Shown here piece by piece: positions 13,705 to 24,583 of a stretch of 64,000 nt of DNA. The stretch comes from Malacoraja senta (Eukaryota): positions 62,001 to 126,000 of the forward strand of contig JAXLNO010005863.1 of the NCBI GenBank assembly GCA_038087875.1, written 5' to 3'. Made by a program: the position numbers and the translations under genes. Each line of letters starts with the position of its first letter. Within the stretch, counting starts at the first letter, position 1. The notes under the pieces are model-generated. The model did not search any database, was not told where the DNA came from, and worked only from the letters and a program-made list of their open reading frames with translations.

Positions 13705-14790
13705 AGTCAAGTCAAGTCAAGTCAAGTCACATTTATTTATATCGCACATTTAAAAACAACTCTCGTTGGCCAAAGTGCTTTACATTGGTATAAGAATAGT
13801 ATAACAACAAACTACATACATATAGCCCTCGCTCAGAGGACGTCAAGAAAGGCTTGGGAGTACAGATGAGTTTTTAGTCTCGACTTAAAGGAGTCGATGG
13901 AGGGGGCAGTTCTGATGGGAAGAGGGATGCTGTTCCACAGTCTAGGAGTTGCAACCGCAAAGCGCGGTCGCCCCTGAGCTTATGCCTAGACCGCGGGATA
14001 TTCAGCAACCCTAAGTCGGCCGATCTGAGGGACGTGGAGGTGGTGTGGTGGGTAGCAGACTTTTATGTAGGTGGGGGCAAGCCCATTGAGGGCTTTGTAG
14101 ACATAAAGGAGGATCTTGAAATTTATTCGGAACCGCACAGGGAGCCAGTGGAGAGAGGCCAGGATCGGGGTGATGTGGTCCCTTTTTCAGGTGCCCGTCA
14201 GGAGTCTCGCTGCAGCGTTTTGAACCAGTTGCAGGCGGGACAGGGAAGATTGGCTGATGCCAGTGTAAAGGGAGTTGCAATAATCTAGGCGGGAGGAGAT
14301 AAATGTGTGGATGATCTTTTCGAGGTCATCAAACTGGAGGAATTGTTTTATTTTAGCTATCGTCCGAAGCTGAAAGAAGCTAGCTTTTACCACGGCATTG
14401 ATTTGTTTGTCAAATTTCAGTGCTGAGTCAAATATCACCCCAAGGTTTTTGACGTGAGGTTTGAGTAGTGGGGTAAGGCTTCCAAGGCTGCCTGCTATCA
14501 TTTTGATTGAGTCCGAGGGGCCGAGAAGGATGACCTCAGACTTACTCTTGTTTAGTTGGAGGAAGTTCTGGGCCATCCAACACTTTATATCCTCGAGGCA
14601 GTGGATAAGGTTAAGCAGATTTGATTGTTTTTTGGGCTTTAGGGGGAGATAGAGTTGTGTATGCTCTGCGTAGCAATGGGAGGAAATGCCGTGCCTTTCA
14701 ATGACTTGGCCTAAGGGGAGCATATCCAGGGAGAAGAGAATGGGGCCAAGGATGGAACCTTGTGGAACCCCACAGCGGAGACTAGCTGAG
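13705..14790 (-). mobile_element. L2-clade LINE 3' part (RT), decayed
   Basis: GVPQGSILGPILF..YAEHTQLY (degenerate YADD)..NFLQLNKSKSE..LGVIFDS..SRLDYCNSLY..LQLVQNAAARLLT. (gtcaa)n tail at ~13705-13728. Confidence 0.88.
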
Positions 14791-17132
14791 ACTAGATTAG
14801 AAATACAGCATGGAAACAAGCCCTTCAGCCCACCGAGTCCGTGCCGACCAGCGATCTCGCACACTAACACTATTCTACACACTAGGGACAATTTCCAATT
14901 TTACCAAAGCCAGTTAATCTACAAACTTGTGTAAGAATGAATTGCACATACTGGTTTAAACCGAAGATAGACATTAAAAGCTGGAGTAACTCAGCGGGAC
15001 AGGCAGCATCTCCGGAGAGAAGGAATGGATGACGTTTTGGGTTGAGACCCTTCTTCAGACTTGTACAAACTTGTACGTCTTTGCCGTGTGTGAGGAAACC
15101 GGCGCACGCAGAGAGAACCTACGCAGGTCATGGGGAGAACGCACAAACTCCGTATTCCGTAAGGACAGCACTCGTAGTCAGGATCAAACCCGGGTCTCTA
15201 GCGCTATGAGGCAGCAACTCTACCGCTGCACCACCTTCTATGTCTGTGTACACAAACAACATAAGGAGAAACAGCTCAGCTGGCAGAGGAACAGAGGCAA
15301 TTGTTTCCTGGTCAACTGTAAAAGTCAGAGAAATCACAAAATGAAAGGTTTAAAACATGAGTGAAGTGTGTGAGGCCCTGTGCAGACAGAAAGTCTACAG
15401 CTTGTATCTGACAAATGCATTCTAGAGTGTCACTCCCAGGGAAGCACAGCCACTGAACAATTGTAATCACACAAATAAATGTGTGAATGGGTGCACTCCA
15501 CCTTCAACTTCCAAAGCTGCTGAGCACATCATTGTTGATGTTAGCGTTTCTTGTGAGCAGAGTTTTTTTTCTCTCTTTTCAAACACTTTATTTTTGTCAA
15601 ACCTTTGAGTCTTAGACTTCCAGATTGCATCTAAATGCAAGCTAAACTTTGCATTTCTACATCTCTAGTGGCCACAGGAACTGCATCAGAACTGAATCTA
15701 TCCGTCTCCTTTACGTCGATTAGCTTTCCAAATTCCAATCAGCAACTGAAGAATTGATGCAGACATGTGACTCTCTCAGAATGCTGAAAAGGGCGAGAGG
15801 TTTCTCAGAGCAACTTGTAAACCTGTCTGAAGAAGGGTTTCGGCCCGAAACGTTACCTATTTCCTTCGCTCCATAGATGCTGCTGCACCCGCTGAGTTTC
15901 TCCAGCATTTTTGTGTACCTTTGTAAACCTGCCATCCTGTTTACCCTGTTAAAAGACAACTTTCAGCCCAAGGAATTTGTTGTGTAGGAAGAAACTGCAG
16001 ATGCTGGTTTAAACGGAAGATAGACAGAAAAAGCTGGAGCAACTCAGCGGGACACACAAATGTGAAGAAGGGTCTCGACCTAAAACGTCACCTATTCCTT
16101 TTCTCCAGAAATGCTGTCTGACCCGCTGAGTTACTCCAGCTTTTTCTATTTATTTCTAGGAATCAGCTCCCTGCTCTGTCACTGGATCTTTGACTTTCTG
16201 ACCCACAGACCACAAGCAGTGAGAATAGGTGAAACCTCCTCCATAATATTACTCAATACAACGATGCCAAGCAACGATGCGTTCTCAGTCCATTACTAAA
16301 CTCCCTATACACTCACGACTGTACGGCCAAATTCAACGCTAACTCCATCCACAAGTTTTGAGGTGACACCAATGTACTGGGCTGCACTAGACAATTGCCT
16401 AACCGCCAGTGACCTTGGTAGAAACAAAAAACTGCAGATGCTGGTTTATACCAAAGATAGACACAAAGTACTGGAGTAACTCACTGGGTCAGAATTATTG
16501 CAGGTGTGTGACTATGAGAAGGCAACAGGTGTCTCAGAGCAACCTGTAAACTGAACACTAGTCATCCTGTTAAGGCAACATTCACTAAACCTTGCTCACC
16601 TGGCCTTGCCTTTCTCCTCTGGCAGCCAGCTGCTGCCTCTGCTCCTCAGCCAGAAGGCTCATGATAAATCTACAAAGGATGCCTCTTGCACTTTCCACCA
16701 CCCACCCCCACCCACTGACTTTTCCCAATACACAGCCGACAGAGCAGTGGGCCTGCCCCGCATCTCTAATCCCAAAACAATGAGAAACATAGCAAATAGG
16801 TGCAGGAGTAGGCCATTCGGCCCTTCGAGCCGTTTAATATGGCTGCTCATCCAAAATCAGTACCCCGTCCCTGCTTTCTCTCCATATCCCTTGATTCCGT
16901 TGGCACTAAGAGCTTGGCCGTTAGCCGTAAGAATTGGGCAAGATTTTCTGTGGGACATGGTAGGATTGTTAAACTAATCATTTCCAAGCAAGGCTCATTC
17001 ATGAATGTATGAAATGTAATTTAATTTGTAAACAACACCACTAACCTTGGACTGTGGTGTAGTTTACAAATATATGATCATCTTGTTGACATGCGTTGAG
17101 TTTCTGATCAGATTGAGACTTTGGAGTCTCAT

Positions 17133-17459
17133 GGGCCTGTCCCACTTACGCAACTTTTTCGGTGACTTGCCGGCCCCCGTCATAGGTCGTTGCAGGTCAC
17201 AGAAAATGTTCAACGTTGAAAACCCAGCGGCGACTAGAACAAGGTACGACTCTTTGGGTAACTACTCACGACCATACAGGCTTCACCCCGCGACATGTCG
17301 CCTGTATGGTCGTGAGTAGTCTCCTCATTCGCCCAAAGAGTCGTCGCATCTTTCTGGACGCCACTGAATTTTCAACATATTGAAAATTTTCAGCGACCTG
17401 CAACGACCAATGACGGGTGCCGGCAGTCGTCGAAAAAGTCACGTAAGTGGGACAGGCCC
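17133..17459. mobile_element. Complete 327-bp MITE with 18-bp perfect TIRs (possibly PIF/Harbinger-like)
   Basis: gggcctgtcccacttacg at 17133 and cgtaagtgggacaggccc ending at 17459. Non-coding interior. Superfamily inferred from the GGGC end only. Confidence 0.8.
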
Positions 17460-18269
17460 ATCAGAAGATGGTCAGTACAATTTCCTAAAGACTTTTTCTT
17501 GAGCTATAATTGATTCTGAAAGCTCAGTTGAATTTTTGGGCCATATCCAAGTCACAGCTCATCCTTTCCCTTTAAAATATCAATTTCTGAAATGAATAAA
17601 AGCAAACTATTTGAGTCCACCACCACATCAACACACACAGAAACATAACATTCAACACTAATTTGTATCAACCATTGATGATGGCCTGACTCTGTTCACC
17701 AAAATCAAACCTGAATTAACTGATTACAAATCAAATAGTGGCAAAAGCAAACTGCAGCTTATGCCTATCCACATATTGCTGCTGATTTTGGCAGTAGTGT
17801 TGAGATAAGAAACAAACTGCAAAGGTCAAGGAGTCACTGAATCACTGCAATAGGCAACGTTGGATGGGTTGAGCTGGCCTTAATGTCAATCATTGTCATA
17901 TTGACAAGTTGGAAGATTAGAATTAGACCATTCGGCCCATCAAGTCCACTCCGCCATTCAATCATGGCTGATCTCTGCCTCCTAATCCCATTTTCCTATC
18001 TTCTCCCCATAACCCTCGACACCCGTTCTATTCAAGAATTTGTCTATCTCTGCCTTAAAAATATCCACTGACTTGGCCTCCACAGCCCTCTGTGGCAATG
18101 CGTTCCACAGATTAATTACCTCTGACTAAAGAAGTTCCTGCTCACCTCCTTTCTAAAAGAGCGCCCTTTAATTTTGAGGCAATGATGCCACAGCAAGCAT
18201 CCTCTCGTAGTTTCAGTTGATGGAATATGTACTGCAGAATGTTGTCAGATTAGCCAAACACTAGTGCTT

Positions 18270-18600
18270 GGTCTGCCAACATACTGGATCTTCCAGTTGC
18301 TCACCATTTTAACTGCCCTTCACATTCCCATCATAAGCTTTCTGTCCTCAGCCTCCTCCATTGCCAGAGTGAGGCAACACATAAACTGGAGAAGCAGCAT
18401 TTCATCCACATTGAACATTGAAATCACTAACTTCTCTTCTAGTTTTCTCCCTCCTCCCGATCACCATCAATCTGAAGAAAGGTCTTGACCCAAAATATCA
18501 CCTATCCATGTTCTCCAGAGATTCTGTCTGTCTGACCCATTGAGTTACTCCAGCACTTTGAGTCTTTTTTTGTAAACCAGCATCTGCAGTTGCTGGTATT
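18270..18600 (+). mobile_element. Penelope-like element 3' fragment (GIY-YIG end plus terminal repeat)
   Basis: VAHHFNCPSH..LLHCQSEATHKLEKQH, followed by ctgaagaaaggtcttgacccaaaa and the fold-back tail. Confidence 0.7.
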
Positions 18601-18926
18601 TCCTATACAAGCAGTTGGCTTAAAACTTTAAGAAATTGGCATCCATATAGAAGGTAGAAAGACAGGCAGCAGGACTTCCTGTTTAGAACATCTCAGTAAA
18701 CCTTACCCCAGCACAAGTGTTACAAAAAATTAGGCCCCAAAGTGGAACTGAGAGAGGAGGCAGATGCAAGTGGGAGACAGGGAGAGACGGTGAGAGGTGG
18801 GGGAAAGAGGTTTCAGTTGGACAAACAACCACTGGTAAAGCCATGGCTCGTTGCTTCTAGGAGAGTGGAGAAAATGTCCTCAATCGACAGACTGCAACTT
18901 CAGAAACCCCTCGTCTCGACCGCGCT

Positions 18927-19413
18927 GGAGATTTCCGCTGGTGCAAGGAACAAATGACCTAAAGTTTGCGTTGAGTGAACTGAGTGTTCTTACCGTCCTC
19001 GTCGTACACCGGCGTTTTGTGAGAGTGGTTGTACCCCGGGATCCAGGGATGGAGGAGTCAGCGGCCGACAGACAGGTGAGCGGGCCACGGTAGCTGGTGC
19101 CTCTCCCTCCTCTCACTCGCCGCTGGAAGAAGTGATACCTCTACACCCCGGGTCGAGAGCTGCCTCCTCCATCCCGCTGCTCAGCGGCAGCTGACTAGGA
19201 TCCCACAGCATCACCGATGCCTCACATCAGCTCCTGATCCCCCGCCTGTCTGTCTGTCTGTCCGGATAATGTGACCGACGTTGGTTGAGCTGAAGCTGGA
19301 ATCCAACCACTCTCACAAAACGCCGGTGTCCGGCGGCGAGAATGTTAACAACACAGTTCACTCAACGCAAACTTCAGGTCCTTTGTTCCTTAGTTGCGCC
19401 CGTGGAAATCCCC
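18927..19413. repeat. CpG-rich imperfect inverted repeat (arms ~105 bp plus a ~20-bp inner motif)
   Basis: 18927-19031 matches the reverse complement of 19303-19413. The motif gggatggaggag.cagc..cgac occurs at ~19046-19068 (+) and ~19148-19175 (-). Confidence 0.9.
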
Positions 19414-19589
19414 GCTCCCATCCATCCCAACCACGCACACACACACGTCTAATGTGTAGGAGGTGTGAAGGAGGCTCTTCTATCCACAGGTCCGCGGACG
19501 GGAGTGTCGGTCGGTCCAGGCCCGCAGGCAGTGCGGAGGGGAGACGCCGGTGGGGTTGAGCTGGAGTTGGTGCTTCTTATCCACTAACA

Positions 19590-20203
19590 AGAGGATTTCA
19601 GTATAGGAGTAAAGAGGCTCTTCTGCAGTTGTATAGGGCTCTGGTGAGACCACATCTGGAGTATTGTGTACAGTTTTGGTCCCCTAATTTGAGGAAGGAC
19701 ATCCTTGTGATTGAGGCAGTGCAGCGTAGCTTCACGAGATTGATCCCTGGGATGGCGGGACTGTCATATGAGGAAAGATTGAAAAGACTGGGCTTGTATT
19801 CATTGGAGTTTAGAAGGATGAGGGAGATCTTATAGAAACATATAAAATTATAAAAGGACTGGACAAGCTAGATGCAGGAAAAATGTTCCCAATGTTGGGC
19901 GAGTCCAGAACTAGGGGCCACAGTCTTAGAATAAAGGGGAGGTCATTTAAGACTGAGGTGAGAAAAAACTTTTCACCCAGAGTTGTGAGTTTATGGAATT
20001 CCCTGCCACAGAGGGCAGTGGAGGCCAAGTCAATGGATGGATTTAAGAGAGAGTTAGACAGAGCTCTAGGGGCTAGTGGAGTCACGGGATATGGGGAGAA
20101 GGCAGGCACGGGTTATTGATAGGGGACGATCAGCCATGATCACAATGAATGGCGGTGCTGGGTCAAAGGACCGAATGGCCTCCTCCTGCACCTATGTTTC
20201 TAT
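19590..20203 (+). mobile_element. CR1 LINE 3' fragment
   Basis: [47 protein letters not shown] plus 3' UTR. Confidence 0.9.
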
Positions 20204-20929
20204 GATGGGCCAGCGCCCCGCCGGGACAGGCAGAGTTGGAACCGGCACCAACCCCCCCGGCCGGGGCCGGTCCGGACGGGACACTCGGGAGGGGATGGAG
20301 ACTGGGACGGCCCAGCGGCGGCTGGATAGGGACAAGACGCAGGTCTGCATCCATCCAGTGGCACGGCCACCACCAGTGTTTAGCCCGAGCCACCTATGAC
20401 CTGTGCATTCAGTCGGAATACCGAACTGGCTTATTATAAATCGCTTTAGCGATAACATGTGACTCTACCTAGGCATGCTTATATTTAACATGTTTGCATG
20501 AATGGCCCTCAGACGCTTAGTCAATCTGTCCCAGTCGTCCACAATACCCTTGCTCATGTGTTTTGGGATTTGTAATGTGGGTCAGGCACTGTGCTGTTGG
20601 CTGTGTATTGGAAGGAAGTCTGTGGGGTGGGATAGTGTGCAGGCTTCTGCCATTGACAATGTCTGAATGTATCACTGGGCTGGGGGTTGGAGTTGTGGGT
20701 GAGACCCCTCTATCTCTGATGACCTTCCCTGCACCGACAGCCCTCCTTGCTCTCTGACGGCACACCTCGCACTCCTGAACCGGGACGATTCAGGCTCCTA
20801 TATCTTACTAGACTAAGTCCCAGTCACACGGGAGGGAGGCCTGGTTCCCCCAACGCAATATTCCACTACTCACCCATAGCCCCTAACTTCCCCTCATCCC
20901 CCAGCACTCCCTCACCCTCATAACGAGGG

Positions 20930-21390
20930 GAGGAGGGAAGTGGGGTGTGTGGCGGGGGAGGGGAGGTGTGTATGTGGGCGGGAGGAGTGTGGGAGGGGGG
21001 AGTGTGTGGGCAAGGGAGAGTGTTTGCACGGGGGACCGGTGTGTGGATAGGTGAGGGGATGGGTGAGGAGGGGATGGGTGGGGGGTTTGTGGGGGGAGCG
21101 GTGTGTGGATGGGAGGGTTTGTGGGGGAGGGGTGTGTGGGTGGGGATGTGGGGGGGGTTGTGTGGCGAGAGGGGTGTGTGGGTGGGAGGGGATGTGGGGG
21201 GAGAGGGGGTTTGTGGGGAGGGGGGTGTGTGGGTGGGAGGGGATGTGGGGGGAGGGGGTGTGTGGGTGGGAGGGGTTATGGGGGGGATTGTGCGGGGAGG
21301 GGGGGTGTGGGTGGGATGGGGGTTTGTGGGGAGGGGGGGTGTGGGTGGGAGGGGTTATGGGGGGTTGTGGGGTGTGTGGGCGGGGGGGAG
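20930..21390 (+). repeat. G-rich low-complexity repeat (gggggtgtgtgggtgggagg-like units)
   Basis: Visible dense GGG(G) runs with tgtg spacers. Confidence 0.9.
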
Positions 21391-21589
21391 GGGTAGAGAG
21401 CTCGGAGAAAATACAGGGGAAGAGCCATGGGGAAGAAGGGGGTATCACGGGAGCCAGCGAGGGGGACCAGAGGGGTAGTGGCTGGAATTGGCAGTGCTAT
21501 GGGGACTCACAGTGGTCGCTGGTCGTTCTCCTACGCTGGGATCAGTCTCCGCTTTCCATTTGGCGACATCTCTGACTCAACTCCATACA

Positions 21590-21965
21590 CCGCCTCCCCC
21601 ACACCCTCCTCCCCCACAACCCCAACCTCGCCCCTCCCCCCACAACCCCCTCCCCCACACACCCTCCTCCCTCACACTCTCCTCCCCCCACAACCCACCT
21701 CCACCACACAACCCCCCCTCCTCCCCCCCACAACCCAAACCCCGCCCCACCCCCCACAACCCCCCCTCCTCCACACCCTCCTTCCCCCACAACCCCAACC
21801 CCCCCTCCCCCCACAACCCCAACCCCGCCCCTCCCCCACAATCCCCCCTCCCCCCACACTCTCTTCCCCCACAACCCCAACCCCGCCCCTCCCCCCACAA
21901 CCCCCCTCCCCCCCCCACAACCCCAACCCCGCCCCTCCCCCCACAACCCCAACCCAACCTCGCCC
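21590..21965 (+). repeat. C-rich low-complexity repeat (cccccacaaccccaacc-like units)
   Basis: Visible tandem ccccacaacccc units. Confidence 0.9.
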
Positions 21966-22479
21966 CGGAGGCTCAGCGATAGAGTTGCTGCCTTAACACT
22001 CCGGGTTCCAGAGTTTGTACATTCTCCCCATGGGTTTTATAGACAATAGATAATAGACAATAGGTGCAGGAGTAGGCCATTCGGCCCTTCGAGCCAGCAC
22101 CGCCATTCAATGTGATCATGGCTGATCATTTTCTCCGAGATCTTCGGTTTCCTTCCACACCAAATACTGGTTTGTAGGTTAATTGTGTTGGTATAAATGT
22201 AATTTGTCCCTCATGTGGGTCTTGTGAGTGTGGAATTGTCTACCACAGAGGACGCTTCTCTGGAAACTTTCAAGAGAGAGCAAGATCGAGCTCTTGAAGA
22301 TAGCGGAGTCAGGGGATGTGGGGAGAAGGCAGGAGCATGGTACTCATTGTGGATGATCAGCCATGATCACATTGAATGGCGGTGCTGGCTTGAAGGGCTG
22401 AATGGCCTACTCCTGCACCTATTGTCTATTGATAGTGTTAGTGTGCGGGGATTCCTGGTCGCTGGTCGGTGCGGACCAA

Positions 22480-23116
22480 GGGCCTGTCCCACCTGGGCTG
22501 TCACTTACGCAACAGGCCGGTAGTGAAGGTCGCGCGATGGTCCCGTGAGAGTCGCGCGCGTCATCATGCGCCCGCACAGCCGTCTGGAGCACGTGACGTC
22601 ATTTGAAAATGGGCACAAAATGCAGGAGTAACTCAGCAGGACCGGCAGTATCTCTGGAGAGAAGGAATGGATGATATTTTGGGTCGAGACCCTTCTTCAG
22701 TCTGAAAGAAGGGTCTTGACCCGAAACGTCACCCATTCCTTCTCTCCAGAGATGCTGCCTGTCCCGCTGAGTTACTCCGGCATTTTATGTCTATCTTGGA
22801 TCGTCTTGGCCCCGATCTGGGAGTAGGAGTGGGGGCGGATCCGGATCCGCAACGGCTGTGAGCTGAGTTCGACGATCGTTTGCCTGCTTCAGCTGCTGTT
22901 GGAGGTGAGACGTTGCGTCGCGTCAGGGTCTTGGGCCTGTCCCACTTTGGCCGTCAGTTACGCGACAGGCTGTTGGCACGTGAAGATTTCGTGCAGGACA
23001 AAGTCCACATTCCTCCACACCATACCATGCGCCCGTCCCCGTGCTACCCACGTACTACCTACACGCTAGCAAGTCGCGTAAATGGCGCGCGAAAGACAGC
23101 CAAGTGGGACAGGCCC
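22480..23116. mobile_element. Composite MITE of the gggcctgtcccac TIR family, with an embedded fold-back repeat
   Basis: TIR starts at 22480 and again at 22933. Ends agtgggacaggccc at 23116, followed by ttaa. Confidence 0.65.
22611..22797. repeat. Palindromic fold-back repeat derived from a Penelope terminal repeat (representative of dozens of copies)
   Basis: cacaaaatgcaggagtaactcagc..gacccttcttcag|tctgaaagaagggtc..gctgagttactcc.gcatttt; the arms are reverse complements. Partial or whole copies near 9030, 9780, 10730, 14960, 15830, 16000, 30611, 31000, 32010, 43850, 47840, 48790, 49695, 53980-54510, 61790. Confidence 0.85.
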
Positions 23117-23389
23117 TTAAGGCCCTGTTTCAGCACTGCATCTTTAAGCTAAACTAAAACATGGGTGAAGTCAGCACCAAAACTCAGAATCATAGTTCAA
23201 ACACCAGTGAGTGAACTGTCAAATATTGGCACATGCCAGATTTTGGTTAACAGTAACTACATCGCAAAATATAGTTTGTAAAAGATAGATAAATATTTGA
23301 GGCAAAGGAAAATAAAAGCTTGCAGGAAAAGGCAAAGGTTATAGGATTGTTCCAGCAAAGAATCAATGATCCTTTATTCACTTCCATAC

Positions 23390-23482
23390 CTGCACCTCAA
23401 ACGTCTGGATTGAATCCCCTTCCTCGTTATACGTGTATGGTCCCAATAGGATCCCTTCGGCTTGATTTTTATCATCCAAGCC
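23390..23482 (-). pseudogene. SUN-domain exon: GLDDKNQAEGILLGPYTYNEEGDSIQTFEVQ
   Basis: cttgttcacag acceptor, CAG|gtatgg donor, 93 nt. Matches SUN1 GLENEYQEEGQLLGQFTYDQDGESLQMF. Confidence 0.92.
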
Positions 23483-24415
23483 CTGTGAACAAGTAGAAAT
23501 TAGCAACCTTTACACACAGAAAATTACTCTCCAGTCACCCCAACAATTCTACCAGCTGGTGAAAGCAGGACTTTCACCCTTGCCTGGAAGAAAGCTTCAA
23601 GATTCAAGATTCAAGAGAGTTTATTGTCATGTGTCCCTGATAGGACAATGAAATTCTTGCTTTGCTTCAGCACAACAGAACATAGTAGGCATTGACATAG
23701 TAGGCAAGACATTGGTTGAATATATAAAGTCATTTCATTTCAAACAGTCAATTGGAAAAATGTCATTGCCTCATTTAGCACATGAAGTGAATCTGTACAC
23801 AATCAAACAGAATGAAACGATGCGTAGCATCAACTCTCATCTGTGGTAGAATCAGTGTGTCCCACCACAGGTGTCTCATCAGGCACCTCTATACCTACAG
23901 AACTAGAGTGGAAGCAAGTCATCCTCAATCCTGAGAGAATACCAGTGAAGAATTGTTCACCCCCACTCAGGAAAGCACTTGGCATAAAAATTGTCCCTAG
24001 TATGTGTAGTGTTAACTTTAATCTCATCTATTGGTTGTAAAGTTGCTTCATCACTGTATGAAGCTTTTGTGGTTAGCAGTGTTGAGGATTGTGCAATAAA
24101 GTGACAAAACTCAGTGAAGACAGTGAAAACCCAGAATCACAGTTCAAACATCAGTATGAGCAACTTGTGTAGCATGGAAGATTGAAGATTATATTAGAGG
24201 GCCTTCTATTTGAGGGATTATTGTTCTGGACTGTGAAATGGAATTTACTCATTTTTAATAGAACTTGTTAATGTTATTGACGTGGATTGTGAGACCACTC
24301 GGGACCCTGAACATGGAATCCAATGTCCAAGAATGCCTTGCCATGTTCAGCAGCATGCTCCACACAAACACCATGGTTCCCAAACATTCACTCATATTCT
24401 ATACGTTTCACTCAC

Positions 24416-24583
24416 ATAAACAGATTAGTCTTGAGGGGCACTTCTAATTGATCCACTCGAAGAAATGGATCTTGGAATGTGCTCTAGGGTAAAGGCTGTA
24501 GGCCTGATCCGGACAGCAAGCTCGATGACAACAAAGCCTTGGGAGCCTTTAAATGGCCAACAGTTCTCAGGATAAACCTCCGG
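24416..24583 (-). pseudogene. SUN-domain exon with in-frame TAA: PEVYPENCWPFKGSQG..SAPQD*SVY
   Basis: ctctcttgcag acceptor, TAT|gtgagt donor, 168 nt. Stop at 24425-24427 replaces the conserved F of SAPKDF. Confidence 0.93.

Larger units (their letters stand above)
9380..17900. repeat. Diverged tandem array of ~2-kb unclassified units (3-4 copies) interrupted by TEs
   Basis: Recurring blocks: aacactaatttgtat..tctttgttca (9420, 11690, 13465, 17655); ggtcaact.taaaagtcagaga (9934, 15310); gagcaacttgtaaactg (10368, 11004, 15808, 16538); cagccagctgctg..ttcccaatacaca..cccaaaac (10425-10660, 11090-11290, 16625-16778). Confidence 0.8.

Noticed and set aside
20918-21996. Overlapping Pro-rich and Gly-rich ORFs of 90-189 aa (extensin/collagen-like look)
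   Set aside because: They are translations of G/C low-complexity repeats that lack stops in all frames.
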